Source: Cryomorphaceae bacterium
GTDB taxonomy: Bacteria; Bacteroidota; Bacteroidia; Flavobacteriales; UBA7430
Assembly: GCA_019649675.1 (NCBI GenBank)
Contig: BOWN01000002.1
Coordinates: forward strand, 239,704-303,703
Reading direction: 5' to 3'
DNA length: 64,000 nucleotides
Below are positions 54,170 through 63,217 of the stretch, one piece after another. Below the pieces are notes generated by a model. It saw only the letters and a list, made by a program, of their open reading frames with translations, was not told where the DNA came from and did not search any database. The first letter of the stretch is position 1. Each line of letters starts with the position of its first letter. Both the position numbers and the translations under genes were made by a program.

Positions 54170-55228
54170 TTACAATTCTTCAGAATATATTCTTCCACTA
54201 CAATGATTTTTAACACACCCTGTTACAGATGAAAGCACATTATCTTCGCCTCTTAACTTGAGTAAACCTAAAAGCAAAAGCCATAGCTTCTTTTCCTTCA
54301 ATAAGAATATCATCAGCTTTTACCCATATATTAGGAACCATATGAGCTAACCTTTTTAATAAAAACCATTATAAACACCACCGCCTGTCAAAAACTGATT
54401 TTAAATGGTGGCACTTAGCAACAGATGAAATTTGTATTGCTATATGTTCTACAAAGGTTCTCATTTGGTTTTCAACAGACAAGCATGACTGATCAAGCAA
54501 TGGCAATGCATGATCTACAACCCATTCCCAAGCTAAAGATTTTGGAAAAGGTTTGCAGTAATAATGAAGACCATTTAATTGGTCTAACAAATATGAATCT
54601 ACAATACCTTTTGAGGCAATATCACCTCTATTATCATATTCGTAGCCTATTTTTTTGGACAATAAATTCAATAAAATATTTACAGGGCAAATATCGAAAG
54701 CAATTCGAGATCCATGAATATCAAATGATATATTCGAAAACCTCCAAGATTTAAACATGCATCATAATCTGTAAACAATAATTTATCTACCAAAGGTACC
54801 AAAGGTGCACCCTGACCTCCAAAGGGAACATCTTCTGTTCTAAAATCATAAACTATTGGTTTTTGTATTAAATCATAAATAGGTTTAGGATCACCTATTT
54901 GTAGGGTAATTCCTTTATCTGGTTGATGAAAAACAGTATGTCCATGAGTAGAAACTGCATCTATTTCAGTAATCGCATTCCGAGCAATAAATTGCTTCAG
55001 TTCATTAGCCATCATACATCCAAACTCATACGACAATTTCTTAATGTCTGGTTCTTTTTGAAAGGGTGCTTGTCGCAATTTTTCCCGAAAAATCGAATCA
55101 TAATTAAAAGTATTAAAATTTAATATTTCAAATGACCAGCTCTTTTCATGTACAAATTTACAATACGCAATATCCAAACCATCTAAAGAGGTTCCAGACA
55201 TTAATCCAATGACATAATATTCTTTCAA
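54170..55228 (-). CDS. anmK: Anhydro-N-acetylmuramic acid kinase; about 3 frame breaks
   Basis: The N-terminus reads 'YYVIGLMSGTSLDGLDIAYCKF'. '..FGGQGAPLVP' is present. The C-terminal piece '...LSSVTGCVKNHCSGRIYSEEL*' has its stop at 54170-54172. Confidence 0.85.
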
Positions 55229-55303
55229 AGCTTAAAACCAATTCATCAGCTAAATTGCTTAAAATAATGTAATTTTACACATGTTTATTTAAAAAAGCTA
55301 ATA

Positions 55304-56415
55304 ATGAATTTTGAACTCAGCGAAGAACATATAATGATTCGTGATGCTGCAAGAGATTTTGCTCAGAACGAACTTTTACCTGGTGTTATAGAAAGAGACG
55401 AAAACCAAGCCTTCCCGCATGAACAGATAAAAAAATGGGAGAACTTGGGTTCATGGGAATGATGGTATCTCCAGAATATGGTGGTGGTGGAATGGATACT
55501 GTTTCATATGTTTTGGCAATGGAAGAAATTTCAAAAATTGATGCATCAGCTTCTGTAATCATGTCTGTTAACAATTCATTGGTTGCTGGGGAATCGAAAA
55601 ATTTGGAAATGAGGAACAAAAACAAAAATACCTAAAACCACTTTCTACTGGGGAAATTATTGGGGCTTTTTGTTTATCAGAACCAGAAGCTGGGTCAGAT
55701 GCCACATCTCAAAAAACGATTGCCAAAGACATGGGAGATCATTATTTGTTAAACGGTACAAAAAACTGGATTACAAACGGGAATAATGCCTCTATCTATA
55801 TAGTTATTGCTCAAACAGATATTGAAAAAGGACATCGTGGAATAAATGCATTAATTATTGAAAAAGGCATGGACGGATTTGTAGTTGGCCCTAAAGAAAA
55901 TAAACTAGGAATTCGCGGATCAGACACTCATTCGTTGATGTTTACTGATGTTAAAGTACCTAAAGAAAACAGAATCGGTGAAGATGGTTTTGGATTTAAA
56001 TTTGCCATGAAAACACTTTCCGGTGGAAGAATAGGAATTGCAGCTCAAGCTTTAGGTGTAGCATCTGGTGCTTTAGAATTGGCACTACAATATTCTAAAG
56101 AAAGAAAATCATTTGGTAAACCCATCTGCGAACACCAGGCTATTGCCTTTAAACTTGCAGACATGGCAACTGGAAATAGAAGCATCGAGATTATTGTGTT
56201 TAAGAGCAGCATGGCACAAAGATATGGGGCTAGACTTTTCCGAATCCAGTGCTATGGCTAAATTATTCTCTGCAGAAAAAGCCATGAGAATTACAACTGA
56301 AGCTGTTCAAATACATGGTGGATATGGATTTGTTAAAGAATACCATGTAGAACGCCTGATGCGTGATGCAAAGATCACTCAAATATACGAAGGCACGTCT
56401 GAGATTCAAAAATAG
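55304..56415 (+). CDS. Acyl-CoA dehydrogenase (short/medium-chain, butyryl-CoA dehydrogenase-like); about 3 frame breaks
   Basis: The N-terminus reads '[33 protein letters not shown]'. '[14 protein letters not shown]' was hand-read in the gap. The C-terminus reads '[35 protein letters not shown]'. Confidence 0.85.
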
Positions 56416-56512
56416 TTATCTCCAGATCGATACTGAAGTAATCAAAACAGCTTGATAACAGATGAATTTATTCAAACATAAGTTATCTCTTTGTCATCTA
56501 AATTATAAAGCT

Positions 56513-56520
56513 TAAATTTG
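56513..56520 (+). promoter_or_regulatory. Candidate -7 box (TAAATTTG) for rpsP
   Basis: The sequence matches TAnnTTTG. Its G lies 64 nt before the rpsP ATG, implying a 5' leader of about 60 nt containing small hairpins. Confidence 0.3.
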
Positions 56521-56583
56521 CGCCCTCTCTTCGAGAAAGAGAATTATTAATTAACCGGGTTTCGGACCCTTAAACAATTAACT

Positions 56584-57410
56584 ATGGCAACTAAAATTAG
56601 ATTGCAACGCTTCGGTAAAAAGGTAAACCAATTTATCATATCGTAGCAGCCGACTCTCGTTCTAAACGTGATGGTCGTTTCATCGAAAAGTTAGGCTTAT
56701 ACAACCCTAACACAGCACCTGCAGAAATTGATATTAATCACGATAGAGCTCTTTACTGGGTTCAAGTTGGAGCTGTTCCTACAGATACAGCAAGAGCAAT
56801 ATTATCTTACACAGGTGTAATGATGAAAAACACCTTTTAGATGGTGTTAGAAAAGGTGCTCACACTGAAGAACAAGCTTGGCAAAGTATGACGCTTGGTT
56901 AGAAGGCAAGACTAAACAAATTAGTGATGCGACGAGCGCAATTGAAAAACAAAAGCTGCTGCTGCTGCTAAAGCACTAGCCGCTGAAAAAGAAGCTAGAG
57001 CTGCTAAAGAAGCTGCAATTTTAGCGAAAAACACCTGAAGCACCTGCTGCGAAAAGCACCTGCTGCTGAAGGAAGCACCTGCTGCTGAAGAAGCCCTGCT
57101 TAGAAGCACTGCTGCTAAGAAGCACCTGCTGCTGAAAAGCACGCCTGCTGCTGACGAGAAGCACCTGCTGCTGAAGAAGCACCTGCTGCTGAAGAAGCGC
57201 CTGTGCTGAAGAAGCACCTGCTGCTGAAGAAGCACCTGCTGCTGAAGAAGAAGCACCTGCTCTGCATGCTGAAGAAGCACCTGCTGCTGAGAAGCGCCTG
57301 CTGCTGAGGAAGCACCTGCTGCTGAAGAAGCACCTGCTGCTGAAGAAGCACCTGCTGCTGAAGAAGCACCTGCTGCTGAAGAAGCACCTGCTGAAGAGGC
57401 TTCAGAATAA
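56584..57410 (+). CDS. rpsP: 30S ribosomal protein S16 with a long Ala/Glu/Pro-rich repetitive C-terminal extension; many frame breaks
   Basis: Hand translation gives '[13 protein letters not shown]' then, after adding one A to the A5 run at 56617-56621, '[70 protein letters not shown]..'. The frame ending at the TAA at 57408-57410 reads '...[28 protein letters not shown]'. Confidence 0.85.
57038..57396 (+). repeat. Tandem 18-nt coding repeat GAAGAAGCACCTGCTGCT (EEAPAA), about 20 units, imperfect
   Basis: The repeat was read directly from the sequence. The last five units (57309-57396) are essentially perfect. Upstream units carry substitutions and 1-2-nt length differences. Confidence 0.85.
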
Positions 57411-57935
57411 TGAAATTGAAGGACTGCTACTTTATTGGTCACATTAGCCGTAAACATGGCTTTAAAGGAGACCTACTTGTAAAGTTAGATGTTGATGATC
57501 CTTCGAAATACAAAAATTTGGAATCAGTCTTCGTTGATAAAAAGGAAGACTGGTTCCTTTTTTATAAACGCTTGTAAACTCACTCAAAAAGGGTTCTTAC
57601 ACATACATTTTGAGGGAATAGATACGGAAGCAGAAGCAAACAAACTTTGCAAATGTGGGCTATACCTTCCGCTCTCTTTTCTTCCACCCTTGGAAGGAAA
57701 CAAATTTTACTACCATGAGATCGAAGGCTTCAAAGTCATCGACAAATCATACGGAGAAGTTGGTATATTAAAAGAAGTCATTAATCAGACAGTACAACCA
57801 CTTTTCGCTATCGAAAAAGAAGATAAAGAAGTGCTCATTCCAATTGCAGACTCTATTATTGATAAATTAGACAGAGAAAACAAATGTCTTTACTTAACTT
57901 GCCCTGAAGGATTAATTGAAGTGTACTTAGGTTAA
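57410..57935 (+). CDS. rimM: 16S rRNA processing protein RimM; one frame break near 57560
   Basis: The ATG at 57410 overlaps the rpsP TAA as TAATG and gives '[42 protein letters not shown]'. The gene continues in track ORF 57489..57935 ('FYYHEIEGFKVID..GEVGILKEVIN'). Confidence 0.8.
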
Positions 57936-58003
57936 TAGCTTAAATTAAGTTAATTCATCATTACTCATAATTTTAACAAACACATCTCTATAACGAAACG
58001 ATC

Positions 58004-58351
58004 ATGGGAAAAAAGAATAAAAAGAAAGACATTTCGGGCGTGGTATATTCTACCAACCAAAACTATGACTATTCTTATGACGATGAACAAGAAGAAGAAA
58101 CGCTTCCTCCTAACGAACAAGATCTAAGAATTGTCTTAGACCGAAAGAAAGCAGGCAAAGTAGTTACTACAATTATAGACTTTATCGGAAGCAAAAAAGA
58201 TCTTAAAACGCTGGGAAAAGAACTTAAAACCTATTGTGGGGTTGGTGGCACTGTTAAAAACGGTGAAATTTTAATTCAAGGAGATTTTAGAGATAAAATT
58301 TTGACACTATTACTTAAAAAAGGATACAAGGCAAAAAAGAAAGGTGGTTAA
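58004..58351 (+). CDS. SUI1/YciH-family translation initiation factor-like protein
   Basis: The ORF is intact at 115 aa and reads 'RIVLDRKKAGKVVTTIIDF..DLKTLGKELKTYCGVGGTVKNGEILIQGDFRDKI'. Confidence 0.8.
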   Translation: MGKKNKKKDISGVVYSTNQNYDYSYDDEQEEETLPPNEQDLRIVLDRKKAGKVVTTIIDFIGSKKDLKTLGKELKTYCGVGGTVKNGEILIQGDFRDKILTLLLKKGYKAKKKGG

Positions 58352-58412
58352 TTCATAGAACTAAACCATTCAAAATGATTTTCAAACTACTTTTACATAA
58401 AAAAGCCTTACG

Positions 58413-59222
58413 ATGAAAAGAATTCAAGAAGCAGTCAATTTCATTAATACATTTAAATTCACAAAACCGCTCACCGGAATTGTTTTGGGAACTGGTTTGG
58501 GTGGATTGCTCGATAAATGTGAAATAGAAACTTGTATTTCATACAAAGACATCCCACACTTGCCCATATCTACAATTGAATCAAATCAAGGCCAACTCAT
58601 ATTTGGAAAAATAGCAAATAAACCTGTTGTAATTATGCAAGGGCGTTTTCACTATTACGAAGGATATTCTGGAAAAGAAATAACCTTTCCCATAAGAGTT
58701 CTTAAAGAACTAGGAATTAAAAACCTACTGATCTCAAATGCATCAGGAGCTCTAAATTCGGACTATAAAAAAGGAGATTTAGTTATTGTAAATGATCACA
58801 TAAACCTTCTATTTGACAATCCACTTAGAGGGAAAAATATAGAAGAACACGGCACAAGGTTTCCAGACATGTCGGAACCATACAATAAAGAGTTAAGCAA
58901 TGTGCTATGGGCGTGTTCGAAAAACATAAATAGTAATTTCCATTCTGGAGTATATGCCGCATGGCAAGGACCATCGCTAGAAACTCGAGCCGAATACAGG
59001 ATGCTTAAAATTTTAGGTGCTGATTTGGTAGGCATGTCCACAGTGCCAGAAGTTATAGTTGCAAATCACATGAACCTGCCTTGCGCAGTAGTATCTGTAT
59101 TAACAGATGAGTGTGATCCAGACAATCTAAATCCGGTTTCAATTGAGGAAATTATTTCCGTTGCCAAAAAAAGTGAGCCACTCTTAACCGAGCTTTTTAC
59201 CAAAACAATCAGCCAATTATAA
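58413..59222 (+). CDS. Purine nucleoside phosphorylase (trimeric PNP/PunA type)
   Basis: The ORF is intact at 269 aa and reads 'GRFHYYEGYS', 'NASGALN' and 'GADLVGMSTVPEVIVANH'. Confidence 0.85.
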   Translation: MKRIQEAVNFINTFKFTKPLTGIVLGTGLGGLLDKCEIETCISYKDIPHLPISTIESNQGQLIFGKIANKPVVIMQGRFHYYEGYSGKEITFPIRVLKELGIKNLLISNASGALNSDYKKGDLVIVNDHINLLFDNPLRGKNIEEHGTRFPDMSEPYNKELSNVLWACSKNINSNFHSGVYAAWQGPSLETRAEYRMLKILGADLVGMSTVPEVIVANHMNLPCAVVSVLTDECDPDNLNPVSIEEIISVAKKSEPLLTELFTKTISQL

Positions 59223-60278
59223 ATTCATCAAGAATTCCATTGTATCTACCCCATCAGCATAATCGTCGATTGCTGGAATTTGAGCTTGCCCAAAATCAAA
59301 TGAATTTTCAATATCAAAAGTAGATACGACACATTGAATTTGATTTGATTTAGAAACTAAGACGTTCTTTAAGCTCATCAAGATCATTATAAAACTCATA
59401 ATGAAGCATTGATATAGGGGAAGTAAGTGATGAATCTTCTCTTAATAATAAAAAGCCATTTTCAAGCATTTCATTTCCCCCCATCAAAAAAAAGTGCTCT
59501 GTAATAATCAAAGTTATTGGCATACTTTTTATTGTCTATGACATCCTTATATATATAAAAAGCTTCAAATAGCATCTCAAAATCATATCCAGTAGGCACA
59601 TACAATTTAGATACATTTCTACAACCTAAACCATAGTATGCAAAAACATCATCTCCCAAAGATTGAAGTTCTTTTTGAGTTTCATTACCTGACAAAACAG
59701 CAACAGAATTCCTATTCTTTCTAATAATATGTGGGTACTTGGAAAAGTAATAATTAAAGTAACGTGCAGTGTTGTCTGATCCTGTTGCAATAACTGCATC
59801 AAAATCTTTCATTCTAGACTCCGTAAAAGAAATTACCTGACCAAATACTGGATTCAAATCTACCAACATCTTTACTATTAAGGGTAACAAAATCTTATCC
59901 TCTGAAGATAACTTAACAATTACATGATGCCCACTAAGTAAGGTGCAAACGAAATCATGAAAACCAACTAGAGGAATGTTTCCAGCCATAACAATAGCAA
60001 CTGTTTTCGGACCCATCACTCCATTTATATTTTGAAGACCATTCTTTTAAAACATTTGGTTTTAACCATACTGACAAAGCGCCTAATGCACGCCTAACTT
60101 GTTTTTCTTCAAACCAACCATTATGGGTTTTAGCAGAAGTAATTGCCGAAGAAAATGGTTCATGAAAATTTTTATTTAAAATAATATTTGTCTTTTCAGA
60201 ATTAAAAGATTCGAACTGACTCAAAAAAATTCCTATTGAACTGAATGCTTCTATAATAGTATCTCGATTCATCAACAA
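59217..60278 (-). CDS. LuxC-like acyl-CoA reductase family protein; at least 2 frame breaks
   Basis: Track pieces are 59955..60278, 59471..60019 ('VAIVMAGNIPLVGFHDFVCTLLSGH') and 59217..59399. The family assignment is from recalled similarity to flavobacterial 'acyl-CoA reductase' annotations. Confidence 0.6.
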
Positions 60279-60288
60279 TGTTTTTTGC

Positions 60289-60296
60289 TATATTTG
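60289..60296 (+). promoter_or_regulatory. Candidate -7 box (TATATTTG) for the ferredoxin gene
   Basis: The sequence matches TAnnTTTG. Its G lies 31 nt before the ATG at 60327. Confidence 0.3.
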
Positions 60297-60326
60297 TATC
60301 GCAAACATACAAATCTTTATATAGTA

Positions 60327-60656
60327 ATGGCAATTATTATTACTGACGAATGTATTAATTGTGGAGCTTGTGAAGCTGAGTGCCCAAACACTGCCATTTA
60401 TGAGGGAGGCTTAGAATGGTCTTTTGCTGAAGGTACATCACTCACAGGAAAAATTGGAGACATTAATGCACTCACAGAGCAGGAACCAATTTCTTATGAT
60501 TTTTACTACATAGTACCCGATAAATGTACTGAATGTAAAGGCTTTCATGAAGAACCTCAATGCGCTGCTGTATGTCCTGTTGAATGCTGTGTTCCGGATG
60601 AAGATAATATAGAAACTGAAAAAGATTTACTCACAAAAAGCATTTCTACATTGTGA
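60327..60656 (+). CDS. 4Fe-4S dicluster ferredoxin
   Basis: 'MAIIITDECINCGACEAECPNTAIYEG' and 'PDKCTECKGFHEEPQCAAVCPVECC' supply the two Cys clusters. Confidence 0.88.
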   Translation: MAIIITDECINCGACEAECPNTAIYEGGLEWSFAEGTSLTGKIGDINALTEQEPISYDFYYIVPDKCTECKGFHEEPQCAAVCPVECCVPDEDNIETEKDLLTKSISTL

Positions 60657-61537
60657 ATAATTTAATCAAATACCTCCTATACCTCTTTCTCTCACTTTCT
60701 TGTACTTCTCATGCTCAAAAAAATGATGATTTGATATTTTTTGAATCTAGACTGCAAACACTCACCAATAAAATTTTAACAGAAAACTCTGATTCATTAA
60801 AATATGAAGCCAATAAGTTACTCATAGAAGATGTCGAAGAAATTATGCTCATTAAAGGCAGTTATAACTATCCTTTTGAAAACTTAGAAAACATGAGTAT
60901 TTTAACTTCACCTGATGATAAATTTAGAATTTACAATTGGGTTGTTCCTAAAGAAGATGGTTCTTTTGAATACTTCGCTTACCTTCAACTTTATAAAAAA
61001 AGAAAAAAAGGACTTTACTTTTATAAACTTTCAGACATATCCTCAATGGTGAATGAGGAACAATATAAAATCTTTACAAATGGCGACTGGTACGGCGCAC
61101 TTTATTCTGAGATAATACATAACGAATTTGAATCTAAAGACATATATACACTTGTCGGTTGGGACGGAAACAACAACACTTCCACAAAAAGAATAGTTGA
61201 AATCTTACAATTAGATGAAAATAAAAAACCTGTATTTGGAGCACCTATCATTAAAATGAACGACGGTACACGTTACAGAATGGTCTTAGAATACTCCAAT
61301 AACGTGAGCACCACAATGGCCTATGATTCAAACAACAAACACATAGTATATGACCACCTTGAGCCAATAGAGGGTGCAGCAAAAGGCTCATATGAATTTT
61401 ACATCCCTAACCTAAGTTACGATGGACTTACTTTTAAAAATGGGAAATGGCGTATGGTTGAAGATGTACCGGTTTTTAATCACAAGAAACTAGATGGTAA
61501 ACAAGCCAAAAATATTCAAAGAGGACTTTCAGAATAA
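60653..61537 (+). CDS. Hypothetical secreted protein (294 aa)
   Basis: The ORF is intact with signal peptide 'MNNLIKYLLYLFLSLSCTSHAQ'. Its GTG start overlaps the ferredoxin TGA as GTGA. No family was recognised. Confidence 0.4.
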   Translation: MNNLIKYLLYLFLSLSCTSHAQKNDDLIFFESRLQTLTNKILTENSDSLKYEANKLLIEDVEEIMLIKGSYNYPFENLENMSILTSPDDKFRIYNWVVPKEDGSFEYFAYLQLYKKRKKGLYFYKLSDISSMVNEEQYKIFTNGDWYGALYSEIIHNEFESKDIYTLVGWDGNNNTSTKRIVEILQLDENKKPVFGAPIIKMNDGTRYRMVLEYSNNVSTTMAYDSNNKHIVYDHLEPIEGAAKGSYEFYIPNLSYDGLTFKNGKWRMVEDVPVFNHKKLDGKQAKNIQRGLSE

Positions 61538-61707
61538 ATATACTAACTCTAATTTTAACCAAAAAATCATCTGTAATAATTATCTTGAATAAAGATGTTA
61601 GTAAAAGATAACATATGTTTAAAATTACCCAATATTTTTTTTCTCTTATCATAGAAAATAGTCGAATTTTGCTTTTTATTTATTAAGCCTAATTGACTCA
61701 TTTTAAG

Positions 61708-62781
61708 ATGAAAAAACATAACTTCAGTGCCGGTCCATGCGTTCTCCCTCAACAGGTACTTGAAAAAGCTTCTCAAGCAGTATTAAACTTTAACAACTCA
61801 AACCTTTCTTTAATTGAAATATCTCATAGAAGTAAAGATTTTGTTGCTGTTATGGATAAGGCACAAACTCTGGTAAAAGAATTATTACAAGTACCAGAGG
61901 GCTACTCTGTACTTTTTCTACAAGGCGGTGCAAGTACTCAGTTTTTAATGACCGCAATGAATTTATTAAAAACATCAGGAAAAGCAGCTTACATTAATAC
62001 TGGTACTTGGTCTACAAAAGCTATAAAAGAAGCAAAAAGATATGGTGAGATTAATATCATCGCAAGCTCTGAAGATAAAAACTTCTCTTATATCCCGAAA
62101 GAATATAGTTATCTCAGAAGATACAGACTATCTGCACTTCACATCAAATAATACGATCTTTGGAACACAATTTCATGAATTTCCAAAAGTTTCAAAAAAC
62201 ACAATGTTGGTCTGTGACATGTCATCAGATATTTTCTCAAGAAAAATTGATGTTTCGAAATTTGATTTGATCTACGCCGGAGCTCAAAAAAATATGGGTC
62301 CTGCAGGAACTACTTTAGTCATTATAAAAGATGAAATCCTCAACAAAACAGGACGCGACATTCCAACAATGTTAGATTATACAACTCACATTTCTAAAGG
62401 ATCAATGTTTAACACACCACCTGTATTTCCAATATACGTATCTATGCTAACTTTGGAATGGCTAAAGAATAATGGTGGTGTAGACAATATTGAAAATTAA
62501 ACAATGCAAAAGCCCAACTGCTTTATTCAGAAATTGACAGAAACCCTCTTTTTAAAGGAGTTGCTGCTGTTGAAGATCGATCAAAAATGAATGTCACTTT
62601 TGTATTAACAGACGAAAGTAAACAAGAAACATTTGATAAGCTTTGGAATGACGCAGGAATTAACGGACTAAAAGGTCACCGATCTGTTGGTGGCTACCGA
62701 GCCTCAATATACAATGCACTACCAATTGAAAGTGTACGGGTATTAGTAAACACTATGCAAGAACTGGAAAACACCCTCTAA
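61708..62781 (+). CDS. serC: Phosphoserine aminotransferase; at least 2 frame breaks
   Basis: The N-terminus reads 'MKKHNFSAGPCVLPQQVLEKA'. 'YAGAQKNMGPAGTTLVII' holds the PLP Lys region. The C-terminus reads 'GHRSVGGYRASIYNALPIESV'. Confidence 0.9.
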
Positions 62782-62782
62782 A

Positions 62783-63217
62783 ATGACTCAGAAACTAAAA
62801 AAAGTTTTAGACAAAGATGGGAATAACATCAGCCCACAATTAGGAGATAACATTAAAAATTATCTTATCGATATTGATGGGACAATTACAGAAGATGTTC
62901 CAAACGAAGAACCTGAAAGAATGGTAACATGTGAACCTTGGTTGGATGCACGTAAAATAATTAACGAATGGTATGATGAAGGTCACATCATCACATTCTT
63001 CACCTCTAGAACAGAAAAAACTCGAGAAATTACATTAACCTGGTTAGACAAACACGAATTTAAATACCATGGTTTATTAATGAATAAACCCCGAGGTGGA
63101 AACTACCACTGGATAGACAACCATATAGTTAAAGCTACACGTTTTAAAACCAAATGGACTCCTTTGATTAAGAAAAGTAGCATGATAGAAGTTTTTGATA
63201 ACGACATAGAAAAATGA
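62783..63217 (+). CDS. Small HAD-superfamily (DxDxT) phosphatase-like protein
   Basis: The ORF is intact at 144 aa. It has motif I 'LIDIDGTIT', motif II 'ITFFTSRT' and a Lys-containing 'MNKPRGG'. It starts 1 nt after the serC stop, and its TGA overlaps the serA ATG as ATGA. Confidence 0.55.
   Translation: MTQKLKKVLDKDGNNISPQLGDNIKNYLIDIDGTITEDVPNEEPERMVTCEPWLDARKIINEWYDEGHIITFFTSRTEKTREITLTWLDKHEFKYHGLLMNKPRGGNYHWIDNHIVKATRFKTKWTPLIKKSSMIEVFDNDIEK

Noticed and set aside
57038-57396. Possible CRISPR or other non-coding array
   Set aside because: The period is 18 nt with no unique spacers. The array is in frame with S16 and encodes EEAPAA. No cas genes are in the window.
56921-57457. A 178-aa minus-strand ORF, and a nested 90-aa ORF at 57115..57387, rich in 'SSAAGASS' / 'QQQVLL' repeats
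   Set aside because: They are the antisense reading of the EEAPAA repeat in rpsP. The plus strand is flanked by an unambiguous S16 core and a rimM start overlapping the in-frame TAA. Low-complexity repeats keep antisense frames open by chance.
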